Below are positions 19,942 to 30,267 of a stretch of 64,000 bases of DNA, in pieces. Both the position numbers and the translations under genes were made by a program. This stretch comes from an uncultured Nitrospiraceae bacterium (GTDB lineage Bacteria; Nitrospirota; Thermodesulfovibrionia; Thermodesulfovibrionales; UBA6898), in assembly GCA_963811165.1 (NCBI GenBank), contig CAWEQH010000010.1, positions 480,001 through 544,000 of the forward strand, given 5' to 3'. Every line of letters starts with the position of its first letter. Position 1 is the first letter of the stretch. The notes beneath the pieces are model-generated. The model saw nothing but the letters and a program-made list of their open reading frames with translations. It was not told where the DNA came from and searched no databases.

Positions 19942-21210
19942 TCATTCAGTAATACACTTTTGGCCGGTCCGGCTGTAATTCACCCCTTTTTCGGCCCCTT
20001 CGATCCTGAAAAGCGGCTCTCCCTTGATCAGTTCCCCAAGCCTTTCGGGCGCCAGATGATTATAAAAAACAGGCTCTACCAGGTCACCGCCATTGCGATA
20101 GCCGATCACATTTTTTCGTAACCCCTCATCCTTAAGAATAATATCCGTGATCTGGAGTTTTCGGTAGAGCCTGATGTAGGTATTGATCCCGACGCTGTCG
20201 GGCTGGACCCTTCTGAAGAGATCGAGATAAAAGAAAAGCGTCTCATCCTCCTCATAGGGAAAACCGCAAAGAAAATCCACTACAATCCTGAGCCCGCTTG
20301 ACTTAGCGAGGAATATGATCTTTTCGATGTCCCCCCAATATAAAGGACACTTTTTCCAGGAATCCACGGCAAGCGTGATGAGAGATACCCCGCTCTCCTT
20401 CATGAGCCTGAAGAGCTTCTTATTATAATTAGCAGGTTTCATATAAAGGGCCCATTCAATGCCCAACCCTTCTTCCTTCAATGCCTTGCAGAAATCCAAC
20501 GCGTAATCGAGGTCTTCGTTAAATTCGGAGTCGCAGAGGTGGAAACGCTTACATCCGGAACCGGCGAGATGCCGGATCTCTCCGACAACATCCTGAATTT
20601 TCTTGAACGACACCTTAGTATTCGCTTCGCTGCAATACACACACGACGAACTGCAGCCCTTGTGGGTATCGAAGCCTGCAATGCCTCCGCCCCGGAAATA
20701 TCTCCCGTAATCTATTTTGTCGGGCCTGCGCGGACACGAAATATCATATCGATAGTTTCGGAGACGTATCCGTTTATTCAGGTTCTCTCCCCGAAGGATG
20801 TCTGCAAGCAATTCGTTGATGCACCCTTCTGCAGGACCCGACACCGCGTAATCGGCGCCCAGATATTCGAGAACGCCCTCGGGATCGGTCGTCACGCCCG
20901 TCCCCCCCACAATCACCTTCAGCCCCCAGAGCCTTCTTATGTGGGATATGAGATCTCTTACCCCATCGAGGAAGAATTCGTTTGTCTGGTACAGGACCGT
21001 ATCCACATTCCTTACGCTCAGCCCGACAATGTCAGGCTTGAATGAAACCACCGACTTGTCCATATCTTCGCAAGGCGAATCCGAAAAACAGAGGTCGAGT
21101 ATCTCCGTCTTGTGACCGGATTCATCAAGCGTGCCGGCCACGTGCTCGAGCCCTATCGGCGGCACAGGCGGATATTTATACCTGTTGGGGTTAATCAGCA
21201 GGACCCTCAT
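19942..21210 (-). CDS. Cobalamin-binding radical SAM protein
   Basis: N-terminal B12-binding-like domain (LLINPN..PPIGL, DIVGLSVRNVD, VGG); CSSSCVYC. Confidence 0.88.
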   Translation of the reverse strand: MRVLLINPNRYKYPPVPPIGLEHVAGTLDESGHKTEILDLCFSDSPCEDMDKSVVSFKPDIVGLSVRNVDTVLYQTNEFFLDGVRDLISHIRRLWGLKVIVGGTGVTTDPEGVLEYLGADYAVSGPAEGCINELLADILRGENLNKRIRLRNYRYDISCPRRPDKIDYGRYFRGGGIAGFDTHKGCSSSCVYCSEANTKVSFKKIQDVVGEIRHLAGSGCKRFHLCDSEFNEDLDYALDFCKALKEEGLGIEWALYMKPANYNKKLFRLMKESGVSLITLAVDSWKKCPLYWGDIEKIIFLAKSSGLRIVVDFLCGFPYEEDETLFFYLDLFRRVQPDSVGINTYIRLYRKLQITDIILKDEGLRKNVIGYRNGGDLVEPVFYNHLAPERLGELIKGEPLFRIEGAEKGVNYSRTGQKCITE

Positions 21211-21335
21211 AGCACTATTGTAATTATCGGGCGATGGGAATGTCCAGACACCCTCGCTTTCGGAGATGCCTTGTTGTATCGGCTCCTGTAATGAGGTAAT
21301 CTTATACTAACTTCTGCAGTTTCAAGGAGGTTTGA

Positions 21336-22568
21336 GTGTCTCATCCGAGGATCCTTGCGTTTGTCCTTGCCGGAGGCAGGGGGAAGAGGCTTTTCCCTTT
21401 GACGTCATTCCGTTCTAAGCCGTCTGTCCCGTTTGGCAGCAGGTATAGGATAGTCGATTTCGTTCTGAGCAATCTCGTGAATTCACGGATCTATTCGATC
21501 TACCTGCTTGTGCAGTACCAGTCGCAGTCTCTCATTGAGCATGTAAGGCAAAACTGGGTGCTTTCTCCCGTCCTCAGGGACCATTTTATCACTGTCGTCC
21601 CTCCGCAGATGAGGACGGGTCCCGAATGGTTTGAGGGCACTGCGGATGCGGTCTTTCAGAATATCAACCTTATCCGTGCATTCAACCCCGAGTTGGTCGT
21701 GGTCTTCGGCGCAGATCATATTTACCGGATGGACATCAGGCAGATGATTGATTTTCATCTGAGCAAAGACGCTTCGGTGACCGTTGCGGCAAGGCCTGTC
21801 CCTGTCGGGGAGGCCTCGTCTTTCGGGGTCATCGTATCGGACAGCGACCATCGGATAGTCAGCTTTCAGGAGAAACCGCGGCAGCCGGTCTCTATGCCCG
21901 GTGATCCTACGCGCTCTTACGTCTCGATGGGCAATTACATTTTTAACAGGAAAGTATTGGAAGATGCACTGGCCCGGGCGCAAAGGAAGAAACAGAATGA
22001 TTTCGGTGCTCACGTGTTACCGGACATCGTTGATACTGGAAAAATATTCGCCTATGATTTCTCGACGAATATCATAGCGGGCACGACGCCCCACGAGGAA
22101 AAAGGCTATTGGCGGGACGTGGGAACAATACCGGCCTTCTTCGACGCTAATATGGATATTCTGGGCCGTTCTCCCAAGTTCGCAATCGATAATGCGAACT
22201 GGCCGATCCACCCCTCCAGGTACGAAGGTTCCTCCGCCAGAATAGTGAGGGCGGATATCAAAAACAGCATACTTACCGAGGGGGTCTTCATCCAGAAGGC
22301 CCGCATAGTCAACTCCATTATCCGCAGCGGGGTGACTATCGAAAGCGGGGTGAGTGTGGAAGACTGCATCATCATGGACCGCGCGGTTCTGAAGAGGGGA
22401 TGCAGGCTTAAACGGGTAATCGTGGACAAAATGAATGTCATAGAAGAAAACGAACGGATCGGATTCGACACCGAGGCGGACCGTTTCCGCTGCCACATAG
22501 ATTCTTCGGGTATAGCCATCGTGCCGCGGGGTGGCAGGACGAAGAAAACGCACCGCCCGAAGGGATGA
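21336..22568 (+). CDS. glgC: Glucose-1-phosphate adenylyltransferase
   Basis: LAGGRGKRLFPLT, RSKPSVPFG, GTADAV, FQEKP, SMGNYIF, YWRDVGT. Confidence 0.96.
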   Translation: MSHPRILAFVLAGGRGKRLFPLTSFRSKPSVPFGSRYRIVDFVLSNLVNSRIYSIYLLVQYQSQSLIEHVRQNWVLSPVLRDHFITVVPPQMRTGPEWFEGTADAVFQNINLIRAFNPELVVVFGADHIYRMDIRQMIDFHLSKDASVTVAARPVPVGEASSFGVIVSDSDHRIVSFQEKPRQPVSMPGDPTRSYVSMGNYIFNRKVLEDALARAQRKKQNDFGAHVLPDIVDTGKIFAYDFSTNIIAGTTPHEEKGYWRDVGTIPAFFDANMDILGRSPKFAIDNANWPIHPSRYEGSSARIVRADIKNSILTEGVFIQKARIVNSIIRSGVTIESGVSVEDCIIMDRAVLKRGCRLKRVIVDKMNVIEENERIGFDTEADRFRCHIDSSGIAIVPRGGRTKKTHRPKG

Positions 22569-22593
22569 TAACTTCTCCTTAATTGCTCGCATT

Positions 22594-23496
22594 CTATTTG
22601 ATAAAAGTGCCGTTTCGGTATTCTTCAAATGCGACTTCCAGTTCCTCCTCCGTATTCATCACGATCGGGCCATACCACGCCACGGGTTCGCCGATGGGTT
22701 TGCCCGATATGAGCAGGAACCGGACGGGTTCCCCTTGGGCGGAGACTGTTACTTGATCTCCGTCGTCAAAGAGCACCGCAGTCCCGTTATGGATGTAGGG
22801 ATCACGCTTCATGTCAAAATAGTTCTCGCCGAGGGCATCGTAGGCAAAGGGGTTCTTCTCATTGCAAAAGACGCCCTTGCCCCCGATCACGTAGGCAAAG
22901 ACCGTGTGGCCGCGTGGGGTCAGGTGGACGAACTCGGAAAGGGCCGGAAGCGAAATATCGAGATATTCAGGCTCGATTACGATGTCCATGACCGGGCCCT
23001 GCCTACCCTCTACCGTTCCGCAGATGACTTTTATCTTCGCACCACTCTTGGTGACGACCTCCGGCACCTGCGAACTCTTGATATCACGGTACCGGGGTTC
23101 CATCATCTTGTGTGATCCGGGGAGGTTGGCCCAAAGCTGAAATCCCTCCATGACCCCGTCGTTGTCTCCCCGCGGCATCTCCTGATGGATGATGCCGCTT
23201 CCCGCAGTCATCCACTGCATGTCTCCAGACGTGATGACGCCCTTGTTGCCCATGCTGTCTCCGTGCTCCACATCGCCCTTGAGCACGTAGGTAATCGTCT
23301 CAATGCCGCGATGCGGATGCCAAGGAAACCCCTTGATATACTGATAGGGATCGGTGTTGCGAAAATCGTCGAGCAGTAGAAAGGGGTCGAAGAGCGGGAC
23401 CTCGCTGTTGCCAAAGACCCGCCTGAGATGGACTCCTGCGCCTTCCAGTGTGGGTTTGCTTTTGAACACCTTTCTGATCTTTCGGTTTTCAGTCAT
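22594..23496 (-). CDS. Pirin-family protein
   Basis: DPFLLLD, GFPWHPHRGIET, WMTAGSGIIHQE, GPIVMNT. Confidence 0.95.
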   Translation of the reverse strand: MTENRKIRKVFKSKPTLEGAGVHLRRVFGNSEVPLFDPFLLLDDFRNTDPYQYIKGFPWHPHRGIETITYVLKGDVEHGDSMGNKGVITSGDMQWMTAGSGIIHQEMPRGDNDGVMEGFQLWANLPGSHKMMEPRYRDIKSSQVPEVVTKSGAKIKVICGTVEGRQGPVMDIVIEPEYLDISLPALSEFVHLTPRGHTVFAYVIGGKGVFCNEKNPFAYDALGENYFDMKRDPYIHNGTAVLFDDGDQVTVSAQGEPVRFLLISGKPIGEPVAWYGPIVMNTEEELEVAFEEYRNGTFIK

Positions 23497-23640
23497 GGTA
23501 CCCTCCTTTTAACGCGCCGCATCCAAGCGGATAAAGCGTTTTTGGTCACCGCCTCCCTCCGGGTGTGTTCGTCGCAACCCGGACAAGTAGCCGCCCTCAT
23601 GCGAACTCCCTCCAAATGCCGGGACAATGAAACCCACAAA

Positions 23641-24045
23641 TTAGCGATGGCGGCGGAACTGCTGGTGAGGGATCCGTCGATAGTGCCAAGGATGACCATT
23701 CCACATGCGACTCCTGTAGTAGCCTCTCCAACCTGGGTTTACATGACGATAGAAGCCCGGGACACCACGACTATAATAACCCCAGCCCCGATCATAATAG
23801 CGCGAGCGATACCAATGACCTCCCCAAGGACGCCACCACCACCCATTCCAGAAAAAGAGGTCTACCCCAATCTCAGGAGCAACGTAAACACCAGGGGCAT
23901 CAGGCATCACTACCAGATCCGGTGGTGCGGCAACGATGGGCGGCGGCAGAGCAATACCAACGTTTACATTTACCCTTGCCATCGCGGGGATATGAACCAA
24001 CATCAAAACAAAAACCGAAGCTATACACAATATTAACTTCTTCAT
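23641..24045 (-). CDS. Secreted Trp/Tyr/Arg/Gly-rich protein (YXWGXW-like)
   Basis: Signal peptide, VNVNVGIALPPP, aromatic-rich C-terminal half; SD AGGAGG. Confidence 0.7.
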   Translation of the reverse strand: MKKLILCIASVFVLMLVHIPAMARVNVNVGIALPPPIVAAPPDLVVMPDAPGVYVAPEIGVDLFFWNGWWWRPWGGHWYRSRYYDRGWGYYSRGVPGFYRHVNPGWRGYYRSRMWNGHPWHYRRIPHQQFRRHR

Positions 24046-24134
24046 ACAGCCTCCTATTCTAAAAATATCCCGAGCACTCTCAGGATTTAATCCTCATTCG
24101 TAATCACATTTTTTAATTCGCTTACATTAATTGT

Positions 24135-24485
24135 TCATCCTATCATCTGTTGTAGTGTAACGAGCAAAGAAAGCATTTTTAGGCTTAGCGTTTCAAATGT
24201 GATCAATGCCTGTCTGACAGCCGCGGTATCCCTCTGCCCCCCGAGTCTGACGATGCGCAGGGCAGTTTCATGGAGCTGCTTATGGATGTCCTCAATTTCA
24301 GCAATTTCTCTCATTGTCCCGTATCGGCTCAGTCCCTCAGAATAGAGCCATTTTCCAAAGTCGCAATCTTTGTGAGAGCCGATGTCATATTCAGTGACAT
24401 TATCTTTATCCTCAAGAAACCCCCTCAGTCTTACTCTCCATGAAAGGTAATGTATTATTGCATCCAGAAAATCTATATTTGCCAT
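24135..24485 (-). CDS. Stand-alone CZB (chemoreceptor zinc-binding) domain protein
   Basis: H..W, HKDCDFGKWLY, HKQLH ligand pattern. Confidence 0.85.
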   Translation of the reverse strand: MANIDFLDAIIHYLSWRVRLRGFLEDKDNVTEYDIGSHKDCDFGKWLYSEGLSRYGTMREIAEIEDIHKQLHETALRIVRLGGQRDTAAVRQALITFETLSLKMLSLLVTLQQMIG

Positions 24486-24984
24486 TTCGTAAGCACCACG
24501 ATCAACAGCATCCTAGCCTAAAGTATTGTCGTTTTCTGTTTCATAATCCGGCACTTTAAAGAAATTATTATTATTTCTCTTCTCCCAAGGGTCTGGGTTT
24601 GTTAAGGATTGTATCTTAATTTCATTTAACCATAAAAAGTGCAATTGTCAAACTGTAACCTCCGTCGGGTCAGGCTGCTTTCGATGAGTGTCAACTGCAT
24701 TTTTTCGCTAGGCTGCCGCCGCACACCCATCATAACTTTTGTCCTCCAAATTCAGGATTCGTGAAGCAATAAACTGGAGAGGAAATCAGGTCTCCTATTC
24801 CGGTCGTAATCTTCGCATAATTTCGTCCCGCCTGAAACTATCGGTTGGTGAAGTCAATAATTCCAGGGATATAATGCTTCAGGGTCAAAAGTCATGGTCA
24901 GAGAGTTTGCCATCCTTACTTTTCCGATTTGCGCCCGCAGTGGCATTATTATTGAAAATGACTCTGAAAAATAACAGACGGACA

Positions 24985-26697
24985 TCAGTCGGCGTCGAGG
25001 AAATGTACGAGCGTCCCCCGCTTTTGCGCGCCGTATCTGAATATGGTTATCCCCTTGCAGCCCTTCTCATACGCCAGGAGGTATGCGCTGGCGACGTCCT
25101 CCTTTTTAGCGCTCTTCGGCAGATTGATCGTTTTTGAAACCGCATTGTCGGTATATAATTGAAAGCGGGCCTGCATCTCTATGTGGTCGGCATAATTAAT
25201 CTGGTGAGCGGTCTTGAATAACCGTTTGACCTTATGGGGGACTTCCCGGACCCCCCGGAGGTTCCCCTGCAGAAGGATTTTTTCCTTCAGTTCTTCGGAG
25301 TAGAACCCGAGTTCCTTCGCGGTCTCAAAAAAATGCCTGTTCAACTCATCCAGTTCAGTGTCCATAATAAGTCTCTTGTACGCAAGGGCAAAGAGCGGTT
25401 CGATGCCGCTTGAACAGTCGGCAATAATTGATAGCGTGCCTGTCGGTGCTATAGTCGTAGTCGTAGCGTTTCTCACCGCCGGCATTCCGGTTTCATCGTA
25501 TATGGAACCCTTGAAGTTGGGGAATACGCCCCTTTTGTCTGCAAGGTCCGCAGAGCACTCTCTTGCCCTGTCTCTAAAGAACTTCATGAAATTCTCAGCG
25601 AGGTTGAACGCCTTGGGGCTGTCGTAGGCCACCCCCAAAGATATCAGCATATCTGCCCAGCCCATTACCCCAAGTCCGATCTTCCTGTTACCCTTGTGCA
25701 TGGCCTCGATAGCGGCCAGTGGATATTTGTTGATATCGATCGTGTCGTCGAGAAACCTCACGGCGGTAGCGATATCTTCGGAAAGCGCGGTGAAATCTAT
25801 GGCCGTTCGACCCGCCTTTTTTGTCACATACTTGTTGAGGTTAATCGAGCCGAGCACGCACGCCTCGTTGGCCAGAAGCGGCTGTTCCCCGCAGGGGTTC
25901 GTCGATTCCATCCTGCCTATATGCGGAGTCGGGTTTGCCCTGTTTATCGTGTCGATAAACACTACCCCCGGATCACCCGTTTCCCAGGCGCTCTCCACGA
26001 TCTCGTCAAAGACATCCTTCGCCCTGATTCTCCTGTATACTTTCTTCGTCCTCGGATTAAGGAGTTCGTACTCGCCGTCCCTGCGCAGGACATCCATAAA
26101 GGCGTCCGTCACAGCAACGGAAATATTGAAATTTTGCAGCTCCTCCGCATTCCTTTTGATCTTTATGAACTCCAGTATGTCGGGGTGCTCGACGCTCAAT
26201 ATACCCATATTCGCCCCACGCCTTGCGCCCCCCTGTTTTATCACTTCGGTCGCGGTATCAAAGACCCTCATAAAGGACACCGGACCGCTGGCGATACCGC
26301 CCGTAGAGCGGACAACGTCGGCCTTCGGCCTCAGGTGCGAAAAAGAAAAACCCGTTCCTCCCCCGCTTTGAAGGATCATCGCCGCGTCTTTCAGAGAATT
26401 GAAAATGCTGTCAATCGAATCCTCCACCGGAAGCACGAAACATGCGGCCAGCTGGCCGAGCCTTTTCCCCGCGTTCATCATGGCAGGAGAATTCGGGAGA
26501 AATTTGAGGTCCTTCATAAGATCAAAAAAGCGTTCGGTCCAGTGGCCCGCATCCCCGCCGTATTTATTTTCCGCCGCTGCAACGCTCCGGGCGACTCTTA
26601 AAAACATCTCCTCCGGCGTCTCAGTTATCCTGCCGGTCTCATCCTTCAAAAGGTATCTGTTCCTCAGGACAACCTTTGCATTCTCACTCAATGCCAT
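24985..26697 (-). CDS. nrdJ: Adenosylcobalamin-dependent (class II) ribonucleotide reductase, short form
   Basis: FLPNSP, LAACFVL, QGGARRGANM, TNPCGEQPL, IAPTGT, AVSKTIN; no NrdB nearby. Confidence 0.92.
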   Translation of the reverse strand: MALSENAKVVLRNRYLLKDETGRITETPEEMFLRVARSVAAAENKYGGDAGHWTERFFDLMKDLKFLPNSPAMMNAGKRLGQLAACFVLPVEDSIDSIFNSLKDAAMILQSGGGTGFSFSHLRPKADVVRSTGGIASGPVSFMRVFDTATEVIKQGGARRGANMGILSVEHPDILEFIKIKRNAEELQNFNISVAVTDAFMDVLRRDGEYELLNPRTKKVYRRIRAKDVFDEIVESAWETGDPGVVFIDTINRANPTPHIGRMESTNPCGEQPLLANEACVLGSINLNKYVTKKAGRTAIDFTALSEDIATAVRFLDDTIDINKYPLAAIEAMHKGNRKIGLGVMGWADMLISLGVAYDSPKAFNLAENFMKFFRDRARECSADLADKRGVFPNFKGSIYDETGMPAVRNATTTTIAPTGTLSIIADCSSGIEPLFALAYKRLIMDTELDELNRHFFETAKELGFYSEELKEKILLQGNLRGVREVPHKVKRLFKTAHQINYADHIEMQARFQLYTDNAVSKTINLPKSAKKEDVASAYLLAYEKGCKGITIFRYGAQKRGTLVHFLDAD

Positions 26698-26797
26698 AGG
26701 CACATTATATCAAACGTCCGGCGACTCACAAACGAAACGATTAATTAATAGCAAAATACGTAAAGCCCGAAACCAGCAAGCAATCCAAATAATGAAG

Positions 26798-26851
26798 CGT
26801 TACACAGCCATGACTGTTTGAACCCGAAGGGTGAGTTTCATGGCTGTAACG
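26798..26851. repeat. Intergenic stem-loop (REP/MITE-like or structured RNA)
   Basis: CGTTAC(AC)AGCCATGA...TCATGGCTGTAACG enclosing CTGTTTGA-ACCC-GAA-GGGT-GAGTT. Confidence 0.5.
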
Positions 26852-26946
26852 GAATGAACTTAGAACCTCAGGAAAAGAGCCTCCTAAGCGAAAGACAGCC
26901 CTTCCACCTCCCCGGTAGTCGGGTCTGAGTAGTCTGAAAGAAGGGA

Positions 26947-27504
26947 TCAGTTTTTGTTGAACTTGTTCATCGCCTTTTCAACGCCCTCGGAGATGATGAA
27001 CGGGATGGAATCGGCAGCCCTTCCCACGGCCTCTTTGAGCAGCGGTAGTTCCTCTTTCGTGAATTTCGAAAGTACGTATTTCTCTACGGGGACGAACCGG
27101 TCTCTGCCGATTCCAACCTTCACCCTAATAAAATCGGACGATCCGATGTTCTGGATGATCGATTCCACCCCTTTATGTCCCCCCGATGAACCCCTTCTGC
27201 GGATCTTCAGTTTGCCTGTTTCGAGGTCGAGATCGTCATGCACCACGATAATCCTTTCAGGCAGGATGACGAACCTGTCGGCGACCCTTTTGACGGCGGC
27301 GCCGCTTCTGTTCATAAACGTCAACGGCTCCAGGAGGGCGGTTTTTTCGCCCCCGATGGAGCCGTTACAAATCTTGTAGTCGGGTTTTTCCTTGAACTCC
27401 AGGCCCTGTCTTCCCGCTAGTTCCTCTATAACCAGAAAGCCGATGTTATGGCGTGTTCTGGCATACCGGCTGCCGGGGTTTCCGAGTCCTACCAGGAGCC
27501 ACAA
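26947..27504 (-). CDS. pth: Peptidyl-tRNA hydrolase
   Basis: VGLGNPG, TRHNIGF, FMNRSG, HDDLD, GGHKG. Confidence 0.97.
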   Translation of the reverse strand: MWLLVGLGNPGSRYARTRHNIGFLVIEELAGRQGLEFKEKPDYKICNGSIGGEKTALLEPLTFMNRSGAAVKRVADRFVILPERIIVVHDDLDLETGKLKIRRRGSSGGHKGVESIIQNIGSSDFIRVKVGIGRDRFVPVEKYVLSKFTKEELPLLKEAVGRAADSIPFIISEGVEKAMNKFNKN

Positions 27505-27507
27505 ATA

Positions 27508-28179
27508 CTATTTCTCCTTCTTCTCAGAACCTTCCTCTTCCTTCTTGCCCTTCTTCGCCACTTCAGGCTCAGCGGGAGCAGCCACCTCGGCCACCGCCTC
27601 TGCAGCGACAGGCGCCGCCTCGACTACGGCCTCGACAACGGTGACGATCACCTCATTCGGATCGGTGAGTACCTTGATACCTTCTTCAAATTTCAGATCA
27701 CTCACGTGAATGGACTGTCCCACCTCAAGTGCAGAGATATCGACCACCGTCTTTCCCGGTATCTTGTCCGGCAGACATTCAATCATGACTTCTCTCAGCG
27801 TGTGCTGAAGAATTCCGCCGTCCCTCCTGACTCCGATGGGTTCGCCGGTCGTCGTCACATGGATGGGGATTCTCACCTCTTCCGTAAGCGACACCTCGAA
27901 AAAATCGGTATGCAGCAGTTCTCCCCTGATAGGGTCGATCTGGTAGTCTTTGAGCAAGGCGAGTTTCTTCTCGCCGTCGTTGAACTGAAGATCGACCATG
28001 ACCTGCTCACCGGACATTGTGTTTATGAGTTTCGCCAGATCCTTCTTTACGAGCTTAATCGACTGTGAACCCCCTCCTCTATAAAGGACCGCAGGGACCA
28101 TGCCGTTTCTCCTGAGTGAGCGGGCAGCACCCTTCCCTTGTTCTTCCCTCTTTTCTGCGACTATACTAAGCCTTTCCAT
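27508..28179 (-). CDS. rplY: 50S ribosomal protein L25/Ctc
   Basis: GKGAARSLRR, VPAVLY, HTDF; prs-rplY-pth synteny. Confidence 0.96.
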   Translation of the reverse strand: MERLSIVAEKREEQGKGAARSLRRNGMVPAVLYRGGGSQSIKLVKKDLAKLINTMSGEQVMVDLQFNDGEKKLALLKDYQIDPIRGELLHTDFFEVSLTEEVRIPIHVTTTGEPIGVRRDGGILQHTLREVMIECLPDKIPGKTVVDISALEVGQSIHVSDLKFEEGIKVLTDPNEVIVTVVEAVVEAAPVAAEAVAEVAAPAEPEVAKKGKKEEEGSEKKEK

Positions 28180-28199
28180 TTTTCCTCCTCTGGCCGTTG

Positions 28200-29144
28200 C
28201 TATACAAACAGCGAGCTTATTGATGATTCTTCATGAATTCTCTTTATCGCCTCTCCTAGGAGAGACGCGATGCTCAGCACCGTCAATTTCTTTAATTGTT
28301 CCTTCTTGCTGTCAAGCGGTATGGTATTGGTGGCGATCAGTTCTCCGATAGCCGAGTTATTGATCCTCTCCACCGCGGCGCCGGAGAGGACGGCATGGGT
28401 GCAGGCGGCAGAAATGTTTCTTGCGCCTTTTTCCTTCAACGCGGCCGCCGCCTGGGTCATCGTTCCCGCCGTATCGACCATATCATCAAGGATAAGTGCG
28501 TCCATTCCGGAGACATCGCCGATTATGTTCATCACTTCGCATTCATTGGCCTTTTCGCGACGTTTGTCCACAATGGCGATGGAACACTGGAGTCTTTTCG
28601 CAAAAGACCTTGCACGCTCGACGCCTCCTGCGTCCGGCGACACGATGACCAGATGTTCCGTGTCATATTTCTTTTTGATATAATCAAGGAGTATCGGGCT
28701 TGCATAGAGGTTATCGACAGGTATATTGAAGAAGCCCTGTATCTGTCCTGCGTGGAGGTCTACGGTAAGTACCCTGTTCGTTCCGACAGCGGTGATAAGG
28801 TCTGCCACCAGTTTTGCCGATATCGGTACCCTCGGCTGGACCTTTCTGTCCTGTCTCGCATAACCGTAATAGGGAATGACGGCCGTTATTCGGCCTACAG
28901 ACGCCCTTTTCAGCGCATCCGTAATAAGCAGCAATTCCATGATATTATCATTGACGGGCATCGAGGTCGGCTGAAGAACAAACACATCGGACCCCCTCAC
29001 ATTTTCATTCACTCTGACCATTATTTCACCATCACTGAAGGTCCCGACGGTCGCATCGCCCAGTTGAATGCCAAGACAGGAAGCGACTTCCCTCGCCAGG
29101 TCCGTATGTGCCGTCCCCGTGAAAAGTTTCAATCCTTGAGGCAT
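28200..29144 (-). CDS. prs: Ribose-phosphate pyrophosphokinase
   Basis: [40 protein letters not shown]. Confidence 0.98.
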   Translation of the reverse strand: MPQGLKLFTGTAHTDLAREVASCLGIQLGDATVGTFSDGEIMVRVNENVRGSDVFVLQPTSMPVNDNIMELLLITDALKRASVGRITAVIPYYGYARQDRKVQPRVPISAKLVADLITAVGTNRVLTVDLHAGQIQGFFNIPVDNLYASPILLDYIKKKYDTEHLVIVSPDAGGVERARSFAKRLQCSIAIVDKRREKANECEVMNIIGDVSGMDALILDDMVDTAGTMTQAAAALKEKGARNISAACTHAVLSGAAVERINNSAIGELIATNTIPLDSKKEQLKKLTVLSIASLLGEAIKRIHEESSISSLFV

Positions 29145-29250
29145 GTTACCCTCTCCTTCTCATAAAACCATCGGGACAAAATACTCTATTCCTCGTCGAC
29201 ATCTTCATTCCCTTTCTCCTTCGGCCCACCTAATCCACATCAACCGATAC

Positions 29251-29325
29251 TGGCTGGGGCGGGAGGATTCGAACCTCCACATGGGAGATCCAAAATCTCC
29301 TGACTTGCCGTTTGTCGACGCCCCA
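29251..29325 (-). tRNA. tRNA-Gln (anticodon UUG)
   Basis: Acceptor TGGGGCG/CGCCCCA plus GCCA end; anticodon arm GGAGA-TTTTGGA-TCTCC; T-arm GGAGG-TTCGAAT-CCTCC; canonical position between ispE and prs. Confidence 0.96.
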
Positions 29326-29396
29326 AACACTTTCGGGAAAATAATGGACGGGACATAAAATTCATGATGCCTCTATCCTCCGTTCCATCTGTGCGT

Positions 29397-30233
29397 CTAT
29401 ACAAGCGTCCTTACGACCCGGCACCAGTGGTCTCCCATCCGCATTGACGCCCGACGCGCCTCTTCTTCCGACCGAAATACACCGAACACGACAGACCCGC
29501 TACCGCTCATCGAGGCGATTTCCGCGCCGTTTTCAAGTAGCATTTCTTTTATATCAGCGACGACCCGGTATTTTTCGATGACCCCTTTTTCGAGGTCGTT
29601 AAATACCATTGGCCGGAGCGCAGTAAAGTCCTTCCTCTCAAGAGCAAGACAGAACAGTTTAATATCAACGGCTTTTTTTGTCAACTCCGCAGTGTACTTG
29701 CCATATGCCCACGAAGCGGAGACGCCGACGTCCGGCTTCACCAGAAGCATCCAGACAGGGGGCCCTGTCTTGAGCTTCTTCACTATCTCGCCGCGCCCCT
29801 CCACAACGGAAAAAGGCCCCCCTATAAAAAAGGGGACATCGGACCCTATGCCGGCGCCGAGTTCCATCAATTCTTCCTCTTTCAGGCCAAGTTCCCACAG
29901 CCTGTTCAGCCCTATGAGGGTCTGCGCGGCATCGCTGCTGCCTCCCCCGAGTCCGGCCGCAAGGGGAACATTCTTCTTAAGGACGATCCTCGCCCCCCCC
30001 GCATACGAAGCACTCTGCTTCAGCACTATCGCGGCCTTATATACAAGGTTATCTCCCGGCGGGATGTCGAGGTCGGAGACCAGCTCAATTTCAGGGGCTT
30101 CTTCGAAGGAGAGGACGTCAAATAAACTCACGCACTGCATCGGACTTACGATGTCGTGATAGCCATCGTCCCGTATGCCCTTAATAAAAAGGAACCAGTT
30201 GATTTTTGCCGGCGCTTCTATAGAAAATTTCAT
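29397..30233 (-). CDS. ispE: 4-diphosphocytidyl-2-C-methyl-D-erythritol kinase
   Basis: APAKIN, GYHDI, AAGLGGGSSDAA, GSDVPF, MSGSGS. Confidence 0.97.
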   Translation of the reverse strand: MKFSIEAPAKINWFLFIKGIRDDGYHDIVSPMQCVSLFDVLSFEEAPEIELVSDLDIPPGDNLVYKAAIVLKQSASYAGGARIVLKKNVPLAAGLGGGSSDAAQTLIGLNRLWELGLKEEELMELGAGIGSDVPFFIGGPFSVVEGRGEIVKKLKTGPPVWMLLVKPDVGVSASWAYGKYTAELTKKAVDIKLFCLALERKDFTALRPMVFNDLEKGVIEKYRVVADIKEMLLENGAEIASMSGSGSVVFGVFRSEEEARRASMRMGDHWCRVVRTLV

Positions 30234-30267
30234 GGTACCGCGGACAACAACCCAAAAGGGCGAAAGG

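Noticed and set aside
24626..24733. 35-codon minus-strand ORF with GGAGG SD (MMGVRRQPSEKMQ...)
   Set aside because: No recognisable motif, and it overlaps a TTGACA promoter-like element for the CZB gene. Cannot be supported.
26704..26946. Cobalamin riboswitch or NrdR box upstream of nrdJ
   Set aside because: No B12-box or GGGAA/GCCACTG core, no convincing NrdR box, and the promoter appears to abut the ATG.
29251..29400. Integrative element at tRNA-Gln
   Set aside because: No integrase or duplicated tRNA 3' end seen; the flanks are the conserved ispE and prs genes.
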